This document shows positions 49,401 through 56,322 of a stretch of 64,000 bases of DNA, one piece after another; position 1 is the first letter of the stretch, and each line of letters starts with the position of its first letter. The stretch comes from an uncultured Verrucomicrobiae bacterium. GTDB taxonomy: Bacteria; Verrucomicrobiota; Verrucomicrobiia; Limisphaerales; Palsa-1400. The DNA is taken from NCBI GenBank assembly GCA_963764165.1, contig CAVXRD010000002.1:416001-480000 (forward strand). The letters are read 5' to 3'. Under the pieces are notes generated by a model. It had not been told where the DNA came from and searched no databases. It saw only the letters and a list, made by a program, of their open reading frames with translations. The position numbers and the translations under genes are program-made.

Positions 49401-52144
49401 CCGTAAATGGAGACTCCAGCCGGTACCGTAAAGTTGCCTGTATACGTTCCCGCCGCCACCCAAACGGAGTCCCCGGGCACCAGCAACGGGCTGATCGAGA
49501 GTGTCGTCGCCGCATTGGCCCAACTGCTGCCGTCGTGGGTGCCACCGGACACGTTACCGTTGACATAGTAAGTGAAGCCGGGAGGATCTTCGCCGGTGTT
49601 CTGGGTCGCGCCCATGTCGCGCCCCGAATAGGAGAAGCCCAGCAAGTCATAGTTCGCCAAAGGCCCCGTCACGGTGTAGGCAAGATTTGAGTTGCCCTTC
49701 CCCAGGCCAGGCGAATTTGGGAAACTTCCCAAAAGCGAGTCCAGGTGCGGATCAATGCTGATATTGCCGTAAGCCGGGTTAAGCATCGTTTCACGATTTC
49801 CTTCGCCGACATTGGGATAACCTGTCCTGCCTTGGAGGGACGGAGGCGAATACCCATTCCAAGTATAGATGGCGCCAACCGGGACAGGAAAATACAAGGT
49901 ATCCGAGCCGCCATAATATCCGGTGGCGTAGCTCGCATTGTTGTCGCCGGCGAGGGGCGTGCTCGAAGGATTGCCGGAAGAATCCACAAATTGCCCGGTG
50001 CCGATTTCCAACCGGCTCAAGCTCTGCACGTCGGAATTGCGGATATCGCAGACCGCCACCCACTGCCAGTGCGAATTTCCCGCCGCATTATAACTCGTCG
50101 CTTCGTTGGCGTTCAAGTCGCTGTATTTGGCCGTGAAAACGTCGATTCCGGCGGCCCCGTTGGAGACCGTGTTGCCCCACAGAATGGAATTGCCGATGAC
50201 CACATTGGCGCCCGTTTCATTATCCACGGCAGCGGCCTGGGTGGCGTCCGCGGTATTGTTGCTGAGGATTGTGCAGTTGATAATGCGCGTCTCCTCCTGG
50301 GCAAAATTAACAATGGCGCTGGCGCCGTAGGCGCAGTTGTTGCTGAAGAAGCCGTCGTTGAACAAAACCGGGGCGCCCATCCCCGAGAAGGCCACCGCCC
50401 CGCCCGTGCTCACCGCGTTGTTGCCCTGAAAAAGGCAATTCTCAATAAATTCATTGTTGTAACAACTCGCAAAAGCCCCGCCCATGCCGAACGTCGTATT
50501 GTTCAGGAATTGGCAATTGTAAAAGACCGTCGGGACGGAGTAATTGCAGAACATCGATTGATTCGCCGCCCAGAGACCCGATGCCGATTGCTCATAGGTG
50601 GGGCCGGGGGGGGCAAAGATGCCCGCGATGATCGAGCTCAGTTCGTAGAGAAGCTCAATCGGATTGGTTCGATCGCTGACCAGCGTGAGGACATCGCTAA
50701 CAGCCACCACCGTCGGATTGTTGGGGCTTACGCCAAGGTATTCAGCGAGAGCGACGGCTCCCTGGCCAGCACTCACCACGGCTGAGGCCACCGCAAAGAC
50801 GGTGCCAAGCGATCCCTCGGAGGCCTCTGCAATGACGCTGGCCAGATCGATGCCGTCATCTTCTGCCGCAGTCGCCGCCAGGCTGTCTGCAAGCGCCACC
50901 CCATAGTTTCCCAATTTGCTCCCGACCACCACCGCCAAATGAATCCGGAGTGAAAGAGGCGGATTCTCGACCAGCGCCACCAATTTGGCAAACCGGCTTT
51001 GGTCCTCCGCAATCTGCGTGTCCAATCCCTCGTTCAATTGCACGATGTAAGAGGCCGCGTTGCCGATGGCGTTGGTGTTCCATGGAAAATCGATGTTGTT
51101 ATATCCCGGCAAACTGATGCATTGGACGGCTCCGCCCGACCGGCCCCCGACGTTTTGCGCAAAGTTACAGCCGTTGAACACGCTGTTTTGATTGCATCCC
51201 CAGAACGCGCCTCCCGAATAGTCCGCCTCGTTCAGCCAGAAAGACGAGTCGATGACGAGCATTTGCGCGCCATAACAAGCCACCGCTCCACCCATCCCCA
51301 CAGCCCTGTCGTTGATGAACAAGCAGTTCTGAACCATGATATCGCCGCTATCATCCTCGCTGGTGATGTCTGGAAAAGACGGATTTTGCCAGTAGTATGA
51401 GACATATTCGGGCCTCTGGTTGTCCACCACCGCCAAACCGCCTCCCGCCACCCGCGTGTCCAGCGCAGTCAGGGGAAAGCCCGGCCCGGTGGAATTTTGA
51501 CTGCTGGGATCCGGCATGGTCATGAGTGGAATTGTCCCCGGATCCACCCCGCTTCCACTCACGTAATTCGTGCCTGGATCCGCGTCTCCATTGGCGATGA
51601 TCAATCCGTCCAGCACAATTTCCGCGCTTGCCCCGTGGCCGCTGGCCGTCACAACATTGTAAGAATTATCCTGAAACCCAGGGTCGGTCGGATCGAACAA
51701 AAGGGAAGCAGGATTAGCCAGCAATGTTTCCGCTGTCACCGCATTGGTGGCGGGCGTCCCAATATCACCGCTCAAGACCGTTTGATAAATGGGCAAGCCG
51801 TTGGTGCCGAACCGTCTCTGTTGGGGATACGATTCCGTGCCCGCAAAGCCACCCCGCACCACCATTCGCGTCGTGAGGGCAAACGAAACAGTTCTGTCAG
51901 TGCCAGAGGTGGGCTTGTATGTTCCCGCCGCGACCCAATATTCCGTTTGGTAAGGATTCCCGCCCCCGTTGGTAATTGCATTGCGCAATTCGTGATAGGC
52001 CGTGGCCCAACTATTCCCGTCCTGTTGGGAATTCGCGCTGCCTTGGTTCACGTAAATGATCCGGTCTTGCGCGCGCGCAAGCTCGGGCACGACAACGCTC
52101 AGCAATAACGCTCCGACGGCTAAAATGCGAATTGGGGTTTTCAT
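37433..52144 (-). CDS. Giant (~4900 aa) secreted repeat protein: eight beta-helix/choice-of-anchor-Q modules with Ig-like linkers, MBG/YDG-like stalk, C-terminal tail; probable adhesin or surface protein
   Basis: ATG 52144 MKTPIRIL signal peptide; eight YV(N/D)...G.(S/T)W..A motifs, most modules ending GN.R....D(I/L/V)G.YE; tail LQATTNLASW...YRYYRV. Confidence 0.9.
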   Translation of the reverse strand: MKTPIRILAVGALLLSVVVPELARAQDRIIYVNQGSANSQQDGNSWATAYHELRNAITNGGGNPYQTEYWVAAGTYKPTSGTDRTVSFALTTRMVVRGGFAGTESYPQQRRFGTNGLPIYQTVLSGDIGTPATNAVTAETLLANPASLLFDPTDPGFQDNSYNVVTASGHGASAEIVLDGLIIANGDADPGTNYVSGSGVDPGTIPLMTMPDPSSQNSTGPGFPLTALDTRVAGGGLAVVDNQRPEYVSYYWQNPSFPDITSEDDSGDIMVQNCLFINDRAVGMGGAVACYGAQMLVIDSSFWLNEADYSGGAFWGCNQNSVFNGCNFAQNVGGRSGGAVQCISLPGYNNIDFPWNTNAIGNAASYIVQLNEGLDTQIAEDQSRFAKLVALVENPPLSLRIHLAVVVGSKLGNYGVALADSLAATAAEDDGIDLASVIAEASEGSLGTVFAVASAVVSAGQGAVALAEYLGVSPNNPTVVAVSDVLTLVSDRTNPIELLYELSSIIAGIFAPPGPTYEQSASGLWAANQSMFCNYSVPTVFYNCQFLNNTTFGMGGAFASCYNNEFIENCLFQGNNAVSTGGAVAFSGMGAPVLFNDGFFSNNCAYGASAIVNFAQEETRIINCTILSNNTADATQAAAVDNETGANVVIGNSILWGNTVSNGAAGIDVFTAKYSDLNANEATSYNAAGNSHWQWVAVCDIRNSDVQSLSRLEIGTGQFVDSSGNPSSTPLAGDNNASYATGYYGGSDTLYFPVPVGAIYTWNGYSPPSLQGRTGYPNVGEGNRETMLNPAYGNISIDPHLDSLLGSFPNSPGLGKGNSNLAYTVTGPLANYDLLGFSYSGRDMGATQNTGEDPPGFTYYVNGNVSGGTHDGSSWANAATTLSISPLLVPGDSVWVAAGTYTGNFTVPAGVSIYGGFAGNETSTSQSNPSQHPTIIKPYNQTNALTVLGGNSVVEGLTFSNASYTSGGPVSAAGPAVVENCFFMANYAPQGALHTSGSTVTVSGCNFTSNNSSISALYSSGSSTIVQNCRFDFNLGTLTGGCYLAGSNNSSQIWGSEFYQNTSITPGGGFGGGIGSQQASLSVQNCTIYGNRGLNLGGGICYVGNGTCQLLNSIVYSNTSVTAGTLEYQQVNQASQIQNCILQGLTLLPSVNSLDVSPQLQIQFAKYSLVNGLLPIQALQIDSFAENSGVGNSLAINAGASNYSSSLFTSTDAAGNPRIVGGVIDIGAYEYQGTAPSVIFNASIATTTECGTGGMPTTIFTASPSVPNYSSARWQVDALDGNGFTDLIIKAVTGKVTYGTTSYTSASDSPTGVSKLFPDQDVAISGSELVIVDPPLSMSGYQFRLWNLGGQSGSATSPEYVTAPASISQYNALVYVNAAAIGNNDGTSWANAFTDLNVAIASLGGCGQIWVATGTYNNGAFIPSPNELIYGGFSGTETNLSQRNWQAHPTILQPGYGSTLQFTSAAGTNGTLVDGFYLQQTIAGPAVLIAAGSPTVQNCVLSSVAGNTYGASIAGGAGVTFSNCQFLNYPKSALVTAGAVTLQSCLFYGNTEKTNAGAITGTNGARITAVDCAFENNIGTLCGAVRLSTGAPSSWVRCSFTGNRTTNGPSALAIETNTAVIDNCLFASNTTQTGKGTIQFDGTNLVIVNSTVANNMSYQATGGLDATLGTNITIWNSIFWGNSVSVTTGVTTESMQIDQFGAVVSNSIIQGLSKYVGNNNISYAPLFANDAGGNYQLTSSSPAINAGSASAPHEASPELDLLDNARQYNGGLPDIGCYEFQGAGTGVINLVNSSTTASTCGVADPAAAMSVVAATGSNYTYQWYAVSNSVSIPLTNSGYIQITQSGPTNTLTILNPDAFLGYEFQAVVNGAVALDPQPVTFTAPSVVYVNAAAAGGTGKTWATAFKNLPSALASITNTCTAVWVAKGTYQCGSGVELIDGVAIYGGFNGTETNLSQRNFLTNISILAPSTTNSAATKGIMVTATNLLNQPFVGSGVLDGFQLTANGVSTSIPALIVSNAAPIIQNCTFVSNNFAVSISNSTGAYFYNCTFTNNTNSSMAVQASTNLQLFNCQFLNGRGVAGLTLTNSAAGLTNCVISSNTVPNSQPIVASQSALIVQDCIISNNSGFSALSAYGGSVLSLNDSVVVGNVGTAASSAIYGSASAVNLLNDTVVNNSASGLTGGLWIGSGSASIVNTILWGNTTTLSDRTVEQAQMNLAGSAALANSIIQGLFYYANSGPGLLSYDPVFVNPAVGNYQLTSVSPAVGAGQTNGISAATVDLLGHARLFNGVVDIGAYAFGSGAVLPAYLNYALANSSVCRFGGLPMYVYNQNGGALSVTWQVNRGTGFGTVTNDANDVITTTANGSSLTLENVQSTFSGYIYRFITSGSVSFTSPSITITVNPQPIVYVDANAKGANNGTTWSNAYNSLATAIGASGSCDAIYVATGTYSLSGVTIPPGVEIDGGFTNGGTSATRNPATHTVTITTAAGTPVSQTTAETFGQHTILDGLTFGNASSLVIEQNGGSPIIRNCAFLASSLTMFPFSSVTISNTYFNGVGAGAAIQCEGGNVTMLNSAISNCIAGVYGTAGTGAFLSATNCRFINNSDPVNIATGGTFDACAFIGNSSPDVAPIYVSGTPTLFRDCLMASNSGGPGAIMNDTPIEAVNCTIVSNLSGGIANYTRSVSTLANCIIWGNVGSQLTQPYTQALLENDIMNVNPMLNGDYTLSADSPAINAGNNAYTVTGETDLAGNARIQGGTVDVGAYEAASWTGSGPTYGTPPQPVAACLGYEATFQATGLASYNFQWQYSFGTTWTNFTNGSWMGATVVTQTNGGVSTLVLEYVGTNLNNLQVRCVYGGTTYTTPAATLTVVPTPIIYVDATATGNGSGTSWSNAFTQLSAALTANMAGSCASIIEVAAGTYTSESGPYYVTDGTVLFGGFPPGGSTMAKRNWTTNQTILEIGAGSPYYVMSIVGTTGTNTVVDGFSIYGGQYGIYTSNATPALQNLTVVGSTVGIEAEFPASGIVLSNCALIGCDTGMAGHDGTVTVLNCQFRGNGEYSETAFGAGLSVSQTGANATGSWSFEGCSFSANVAYDGGSAALVNYPATFRDCLFVSNMVDYGSATIQAGSPLTIVNCTIASNTTVYGGPGGGAIGHTNAAQLTIENSILWGNYAPSGEIIASGGTPTAANNIVQNGSGGAYVNVNPLLNTNFTLSSNSPAINDGNNAYSLAGETDIAGNPRVQQGIVDIGAYESAYNGSGTPVHGSAPSSYTACPGGTASFQATGLALYEFQWQYNLGQGWINLTNGTFLDGANVTVTSINGTSTLGLGGIPTNLNGMEVQAVYVDQSYTTPAAVLTVLLPLNIYVDQNAAAGGNGSSWATAYRDLGSALVAVELNGCGGGDIFVAKGTYTTTSNFLVSPHVTVYGGYPSGGGTRNWQANPVILNGAVSNIVVFGSGATNDTVLDGLVVQGKYGSGILVSNATPALQNLALTGAGLSAISVHNSSGLVISNCVFTNNLSAGNGAAINATNSTLAVQSCTFSNNSGANGGALYLGGGALTVYNSLFALNNASIEGGAIQNAGATVALVNCTVASNLAGVYGGGIGQSGGSATILNSILWGNNAASLSASNTQSGNIYVAQGSVSATNDIVEFDTALGGANVLNFDPLFSSGFALSSISPAINAGSNGFVFSGETDLAGNARVQHSVVDLGAYESASTGAGAISVGPAPLSVIACAGGSTAFQASGLPSYAIGWQYSFGGGWTNFASGSWLYGSSAGLASNNGISTLTLSNLSTNLTALQVHAVYSGISYTTAVATITFPPSVLYVDASAATGGNGLTWATAYNDLAPALATAAQNACDNVSIWVAQGTYTASAGYSIPAHVAVYGGFVSGGTLASRNWIANPTMLTNSGGAAAVTVQSTAGSDTVLDGFVVTGSSTGLMISNASPVIRNCQFIANEGIGAELMDGGGAFTNCAFQGNLEGALYATNSEIILADALVAGNAGGLAIINSTGTLVNSTVTANEDVTAGSVFFGGINALGSTLAIENSILWNNRSANPNGASVELQQLTVQQGSVTLAYASIESLATYSGTEVTNLAPAFVTPIDPAQAPSVSGDFQLSPCSPLIGLGSTNFDAGLNSDLAGNAREVGGQIDLGPYEFTGTKSASLLIAAQPQDLYYPTPGSNAFSISAAGDGLTYAWQIAPAGNTNAFTSLAGVPGFTGANSATVTVGSAALAYNGAVVRCQVTSADGCMIDSRQALLSANAITWTNPAAIVYGTALTEAQLNATASGPGAFMYTPSLGTVLPVGTNTLLVTFTPFYPAAYSSLSASVTIVVQTAPSVVTWSNPAPIIYGTPLSLSTQLIATANIQGSFVYLPTNGAMLNVGTYSLTTVFTPLDTNDYTGATNFVDIQVTPAPLSITANSLSKTYGQTLGGGGAQFTSVGLQYGETIGSVTLAIGGNGGAANAPVSGSPYAITPSAATGGTFNPANYAITYNAGALTVNPLPVVLTGTRNYDATTNAIYGILSVSNAVAGDDIIVASGSNGLSSASVGTNAMTSLGTIALGGASVSNYTLAGFSGDVIVTPLPVILTGERSFDGTATAMASILSITNDLDSTNLALDGYAILASTNAGMEAIVNFSPLDLTGSASSNYTLTGASGWITIDRTNSTVITWPTASPIVLGQTLAAATLSGGAATPPGNFAFTAPETTPPLGTSLQSVTYTPFDTNDYVAATNNIEVTVNNFPPSVTTLPASSVTTNSATLNGVVNPQNAPTTVSFVWGTTTNFGNTNMVATLPAETGGYNISNVLAGLQVGTPYFYAIVASNAGGVATGNAVSFTTLAPNFNQITGAHFVNGVFTLEFSGIADSTYILQATTNLASWSSISTNVSPASLRYFSDPASTNRGYRYYRVVAPQAPR

Positions 52145-52539
52145 AAATGGAAATGAAATGAACCTTTCACTTTTGCGCGGCTCTGGTTTTAGGGTTAAAG
52201 ACTCCACAGATCAGCGGAACTTTTTATAATATCCGGACAAAGTCGCCCATCCCCGAATATTCGTGAGGCTCATGGAATCTTTACAACGCCCGGGATCCGT
52301 TTGAGTGGAGGAAACGAATTTGGCAAGAGGAGTCAATCGGCAAACCAAAAAGCTTACGACCAATATCCGTCAACGGTCATTCAACTATAATCGATGCATG
52401 CTGCGCTGGTCGCCAGAGCCCCTGGCCCGGACAATCCACGCGATTGCGTCGGTGTGGATTTGAGCGTGCCGTTGGTGCCCCATTTTAGTGTCCACCGCCG
52501 CCATCACCTCTTCAAACTCCTGTGTCAATACATTATGAA

Positions 52540-52692
52540 TGGAGCCAGTTGACGGATTTGGGCTGCGTTCACGATTCAGCTACGAGGAGAATATTGATTC
52601 TTCCCTCCGAGAACCAGCACCATTTGGCTTTACCCCTCCACTACTCTTTCATTACTCCGTCGATGCTTTCACTGACAGTTTCACCGACAGTC
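52540..52692 (-). other. att-like site 2 (core 52540-52560) with arm-type repeats ACTGACAG/ACCGACAG at ~52671-52692
   Basis: Reverse complement CAAATCCGTCAACTGGCTCCA; direct repeat of site 1 and inverted repeat of site 3. Confidence 0.8.
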
Positions 52693-52717
52693 GCCGCCGA
52701 ATTCAAAGGGATGATCT

Positions 52718-53107
52718 CTACGCCCAGATACGGCGGATGGCATAAGCGTCGAAGGCGAAGTCGGCACTAACAATCGGAAAGTCCTCGACCTGGCATTGGG
52801 CGGCCATCAGGCGGTCAAATGGGTCTCGATGATGAACGGGCATCGCCACGACCGCAGCCACATGCGGCAACTCAATGGCAAGCACCTCAATCTGGTTTAA
52901 TTGAAGTTGGCGGGGTATGAACTGGTCGAAGGGTTGAGCCAGCGTGAGTTTGCCCAGGCTGACCTTGATCGCTAACTCCCACAAACTGGCCATGCTCAAC
53001 AATCGGCGGTTGTCGGGATCCTGAATCAACGATTGCGCCCGGCTGCTGAGGCGGGGATCATTGGCGATGAACCAAAGAAACGCGTGCGTGTCCAGCAACA
53101 GGTTCAC
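52718..53107 (-). CDS. vapC: VapC-family PIN toxin
   Basis: LLDTHAFLW, SMASLWELAIK, HHRDPFDRL, SAD..F. Confidence 0.93.
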   Translation of the reverse strand: MNLLLDTHAFLWFIANDPRLSSRAQSLIQDPDNRRLLSMASLWELAIKVSLGKLTLAQPFDQFIPRQLQLNQIEVLAIELPHVAAVVAMPVHHRDPFDRLMAAQCQVEDFPIVSADFAFDAYAIRRIWA

Positions 53108-53310
53108 TTCATGTAAGGCTCAAAGTCCGCCAACGGTGCGTCGAAGTCTTCCGCCATGCTGACCAACCCTCGGGCGCTGCCTGGCTCGATGCGAGCCAGC
53201 GTCTTGACGGATGGCTCCCTGGCCAGCAACTCCACAAGCTGCAACAACGCCGTCTGCGCCGAATCGGGCAGCGTCTTAGCCTTCGAGTAAATTAATTCCG
53301 CTGTACTCAT
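53104..53310 (-). CDS. Antitoxin (DUF2281/VapB-like)
   Basis: 68 aa, C-terminal GSARG...MAEDFDAPLADFEPYM; 4-bp overlap with vapC. Confidence 0.85.
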   Translation of the reverse strand: MSTAELIYSKAKTLPDSAQTALLQLVELLAREPSVKTLARIEPGSARGLVSMAEDFDAPLADFEPYMK

Positions 53311-53474
53311 GGAGCTAATCTAATTGCTCCCAGGCTGGCATGCAAGCTCCGGGACCGTGGCCGGTTGAGTGGAAGGGGAGCGCGTCGGCGGGTCGCCACT
53401 TCGCCACAATTCGGAATTACTCGCCGACTGCTCGCTAACGTCTCGCCGCCAATTTCATTCACGCTGGCGGGTGA

Positions 53475-54172
53475 GTGGAAAACATTGAGACACAAAGCAG
53501 CGAGGTAAAACGAGCTGAACCGGAAAGCGAGCCATTTAGCTCGCCGGTTCTGCGGTCGGACGTAGCTAAAACTGGCATAGTGGAAAGACCGGGGGCGGAG
53601 CGGCGCGGAGCGCCGCCCGCCCCCGGCCTTCCTTGTCTATTGAGTAACAACTCAGACAAGGAGGTCGTCGAACCCTTGGGGGAAAATGCGGAAGAGGTGC
53701 CGAAATTCAACGTCCTGACAGGTGGACACAAGAGAACAGCCTTTGTTCTGGCGGAAGAAATCATAGGCCTTGCCAACGAATTCGGATTGGAGCGATTGGG
53801 GTTCTTCACGCTGACGTTTTCTGACCGCGTGCAAGAAATGAAGGAAGCCAATCGCCGGTTCAACAATCTGAACAGGCGCGTATTAAAGGCACGTTACCAG
53901 CGGGCAATTGTCGTCACGGAGCGTCAGAAGTTGGGCCGTGTCCATTTTCATCTGCTCGTGGTGTTGCCCGTGGATATTCGCACGGGCGTCGATATTGAGG
54001 CGTTCAAGCGTGGGCACTATCAAACCGCAGGGAAGGCATTGCGCTCAGAGTGGGCCTTCTGGCGGAAGACGGCACCGATGTACGGCTTTGGCCGTCATGA
54101 ACTGCTACCCGTCAAGTCGAACAAGGAAGGGATTGCCCGCTACGTCGGCAAGTATGTTTCCAAGAATATCCG
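53475..54172 (+). pseudogene. HUH rolling-circle replication initiator, truncated just after motif III
   Basis: Motif I FFTLTF, motif II HFHLLV, motif III YVGKYVSK; sequence after ~54172 reads better in a different frame (ORF runs on to 54440). Confidence 0.75.
53589..53653 (+). other. Putative double-strand origin inside the rep 5' region
   Basis: GC hairpin CCGGGGGCGG-AGCGGCGCGGAGCGCCGC-CCGCCCCCGG followed by CCTTCCTTGTCTATTGAGTAACAACTC (CTTG nick-like motif). Confidence 0.5.
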
Positions 54173-54538
54173 GCAAGCCGAGTTCTCCTGTGCCGTCCAC
54201 GCAACAGCCCCGATTGGTCCGTTATCCAGGAATTTGAGGAAGGCTCCGCCTACGCCAGAAATCACGGACGCACGGAAGTTCTGGTGCAGGGCCAAAATGT
54301 TCGGGACGTGGTCATGGAGTATGTCGCTCAAGCGAATCACACGCTCCGCTTTTCGGAGCGCAATCTTGTGGCTAACGCGCAGAAAATGGTGTGGCGCCAA
54401 TTCCCGGAACACAACCCCGGCAAGGTCGTGGAAGCCTTGATGGAGCACTGCGATAAGGCGGTCACGCACAATCGCTCGATTGGCGAGAGCCAGTCGGAGG
54501 CCCAAGACAACCGTCGATCTCGCGGCATGAGAGTATGA
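54173..54538 (+). pseudogene. 3' remnant of a hypothetical island gene
   Basis: Open frame RVLLCRPRNSPDWSVIQEFEEG...SRGMRV* whose stop overlaps the next ATG (ATGA); 5' end replaced by rep. Confidence 0.5.
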
Positions 54539-54888
54539 GCATCCCGAAGGACAGGCCGTTAAGTTCGGAGCGGGAAAGGTTCCTGAATCTACGGCACCTT
54601 CCTGCGCAATTAAGCGCAAGTGAAGCGTCGCATCTGCTGGGCTGCGCTCCGCACGACGTTCCCGTCTTGGTTGCCCGGGGCTTGCTTAAGCCACTGGGCA
54701 ATCCGACTCCCAATGCCGTTAAGTACTTCGCCCGCGTCACGCTGGAGGAATTGAGCAATGATGCGAAATGGGTCTTTCGCATCAGGGCCGCCATTAACGA
54801 GTTCTGGCGGATGAAAAACGCCGGGCGCGCTGCCGTTGAATTTCAAATGTCCGAGCAGACTCAAGACGCGGCCCAGCGTGTCGCCTGA
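54535..54888 (+). CDS. Excisionase-like HTH DNA-binding protein
   Basis: LSASEASHLLG...VPVLVARGLLKPLG (HTH_17/Xis-like pattern); lies just before att site 3 and the integrase. Confidence 0.6.
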   Translation: MSIPKDRPLSSERERFLNLRHLPAQLSASEASHLLGCAPHDVPVLVARGLLKPLGNPTPNAVKYFARVTLEELSNDAKWVFRIRAAINEFWRMKNAGRAAVEFQMSEQTQDAAQRVA

Positions 54889-54939
54889 TTTTATTTCATA
54901 TTGACTAGCGCGGCTTTGATTCTCTTTAGCCCCCTTTGC

Positions 54940-55160
54940 GCGGACACCAACGGACACCAAAACGGACACCAAACGTGTTAAAAAAGGTATAGGCTGGTAA
55001 ACGGAATTATCCTTGATTACCGAGGGAAAACGGGTATATTTTACCTCGTAAACGCGGTGAAAAATGCCCAAATCCGGCAACTGGCTCCATTCCTAACCGC
55101 GTGTGCGGCAATGGTTTAGAACCGCCGGACTGGCCACTGTCAGTGAAAGTGTCAGTAAAT
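54940..55160 (+). other. att-like site 3 (core 55069-55089) with arm repeats CGGACACCA x3 on the left and TGTCAGT x2 on the right
   Basis: CAAATCCGGCAACTGGCTCCA 183 bp upstream of the integrase ATG; arms at 54941-54972 and 55138-55156. Confidence 0.85.
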
Positions 55161-55271
55161 GGGGGTGCGGCGCAACTGCTCGCCCACAACTCCGACACTA
55201 CTCCGCTGAAACTCGCCCACTGCTCGCTAACGCGATGCGAGTGGACTGGTTCACAATTCAGTGAATCAGTT

Positions 55272-56117
55272 ATGAAACAACGATTCATCTTGTTCCGGCG
55301 AGCGGGCGTTTTCTACGCCGAGGAAACGGCAACTGGCAAGCAAACCAGTCTCCGCACCAAAGACCAAGCCGAAGCCATCACCCTGCTGAACACCAAGAAC
55401 GAGGCCACCCGGCAACCGGCCATGAACCTGCAAATCGCCCAAGTCTATTTGCAGCACGCCGACCCGACGTTGGCGCAGCGGACATGGCAGGATGTCATGG
55501 AGGCCATGCTGCCGCTCAAGAATGGCCCGACGCAGGCGCGGTGGGCATCCGCAATGAGGGACAGGGCCTTTGATCTCATCCGCAGCCGCAAATTGATGGA
55601 GACGGCATCCGAGCATTTTTTGCAGGTGTTGAACGCCGGCACGATTTCCACCAATATGTTTTTGCGCCGTCTGCATCATTTCGCGGTGGGGATGCACTGG
55701 CTGCCGTGGCCAGTCCTGCCGAAGCTCAAATGGCCCGCCGTGGAGCACAAGGAGCGCCGGGCGATCACAGCCGAGGAACACCAGCGAATCATTGACCGCG
55801 AGCACAATCCCGAAATCCGGGCCTATTACCAGCTTTTGTGGCACCTGGGCGGCTCGCAAACGGACATTGCAGATTTAAACGCCGAGGACATTGACTGGAA
55901 AGAACGCACGGTTTCTTACCAGCGGCGTAAAACTGGCGTGCCGGTCATTATCACTTTTGGCGCGGAGGCGGCCAGCATGTTAGAGTCGCTGCCCAAGTTA
56001 GGCCCGTTGTTTCCGAGCATGGCGCGAATCAAGGAGAACCACCGCGCCAAGATGTTCATCAAACGGCTCAAGACGGTGGGAATTTCCGAATCGGCAAAAC
56101 CAGATAACGCTGATTGA
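55272..56117 (+). pseudogene. Tyrosine recombinase/integrase, C-terminally truncated
   Basis: Arm-binding N-terminus (KQTSLRTKD), box I-like LLWHLGGSQTDI..L..EDIDW, RRKTG; ends at LKTVGIS with no HxxR, LGH or catalytic Tyr. Confidence 0.8.
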
Positions 56118-56322
56118 GTGATCTGGCGGGGGTTTTACTTTCTGTCAAAAGCTTTTGAAACCGGTTTGCGTCCACCATGACAATAATCCGCCGTGCCTGT
56201 GCCAGGGCTTTTGAACCGAGTAGATACCTTTCAAAGTGAACCGGGTCAAATTCGTAAGTTGAGAAAACCGCGAACCGCGCGTTCTTCCCCTCGAAAAACG
56301 TACTGAATTCCAAGGGTTTCAT
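56068..56322 (-). pseudogene. N-terminal fragment of a PLD-like nuclease-family protein
   Basis: AVFSTYEFDPVHFERYLL...IIVMVD...NQRY; breaks at the same point as the integrase, before any HxK motif. Confidence 0.55.

Noticed and set aside
55069..55089. Complete tRNA genes at the three ...GGCTCCA sites
   Set aside because: Only ~21 nt match; GCC replaces the GGTT of the T-arm and no D or anticodon arms can be folded. Treated as att fragments.
53475..56117. Filamentous prophage
   Set aside because: No Zot-like ATPase or small coat proteins near the HUH Rep.
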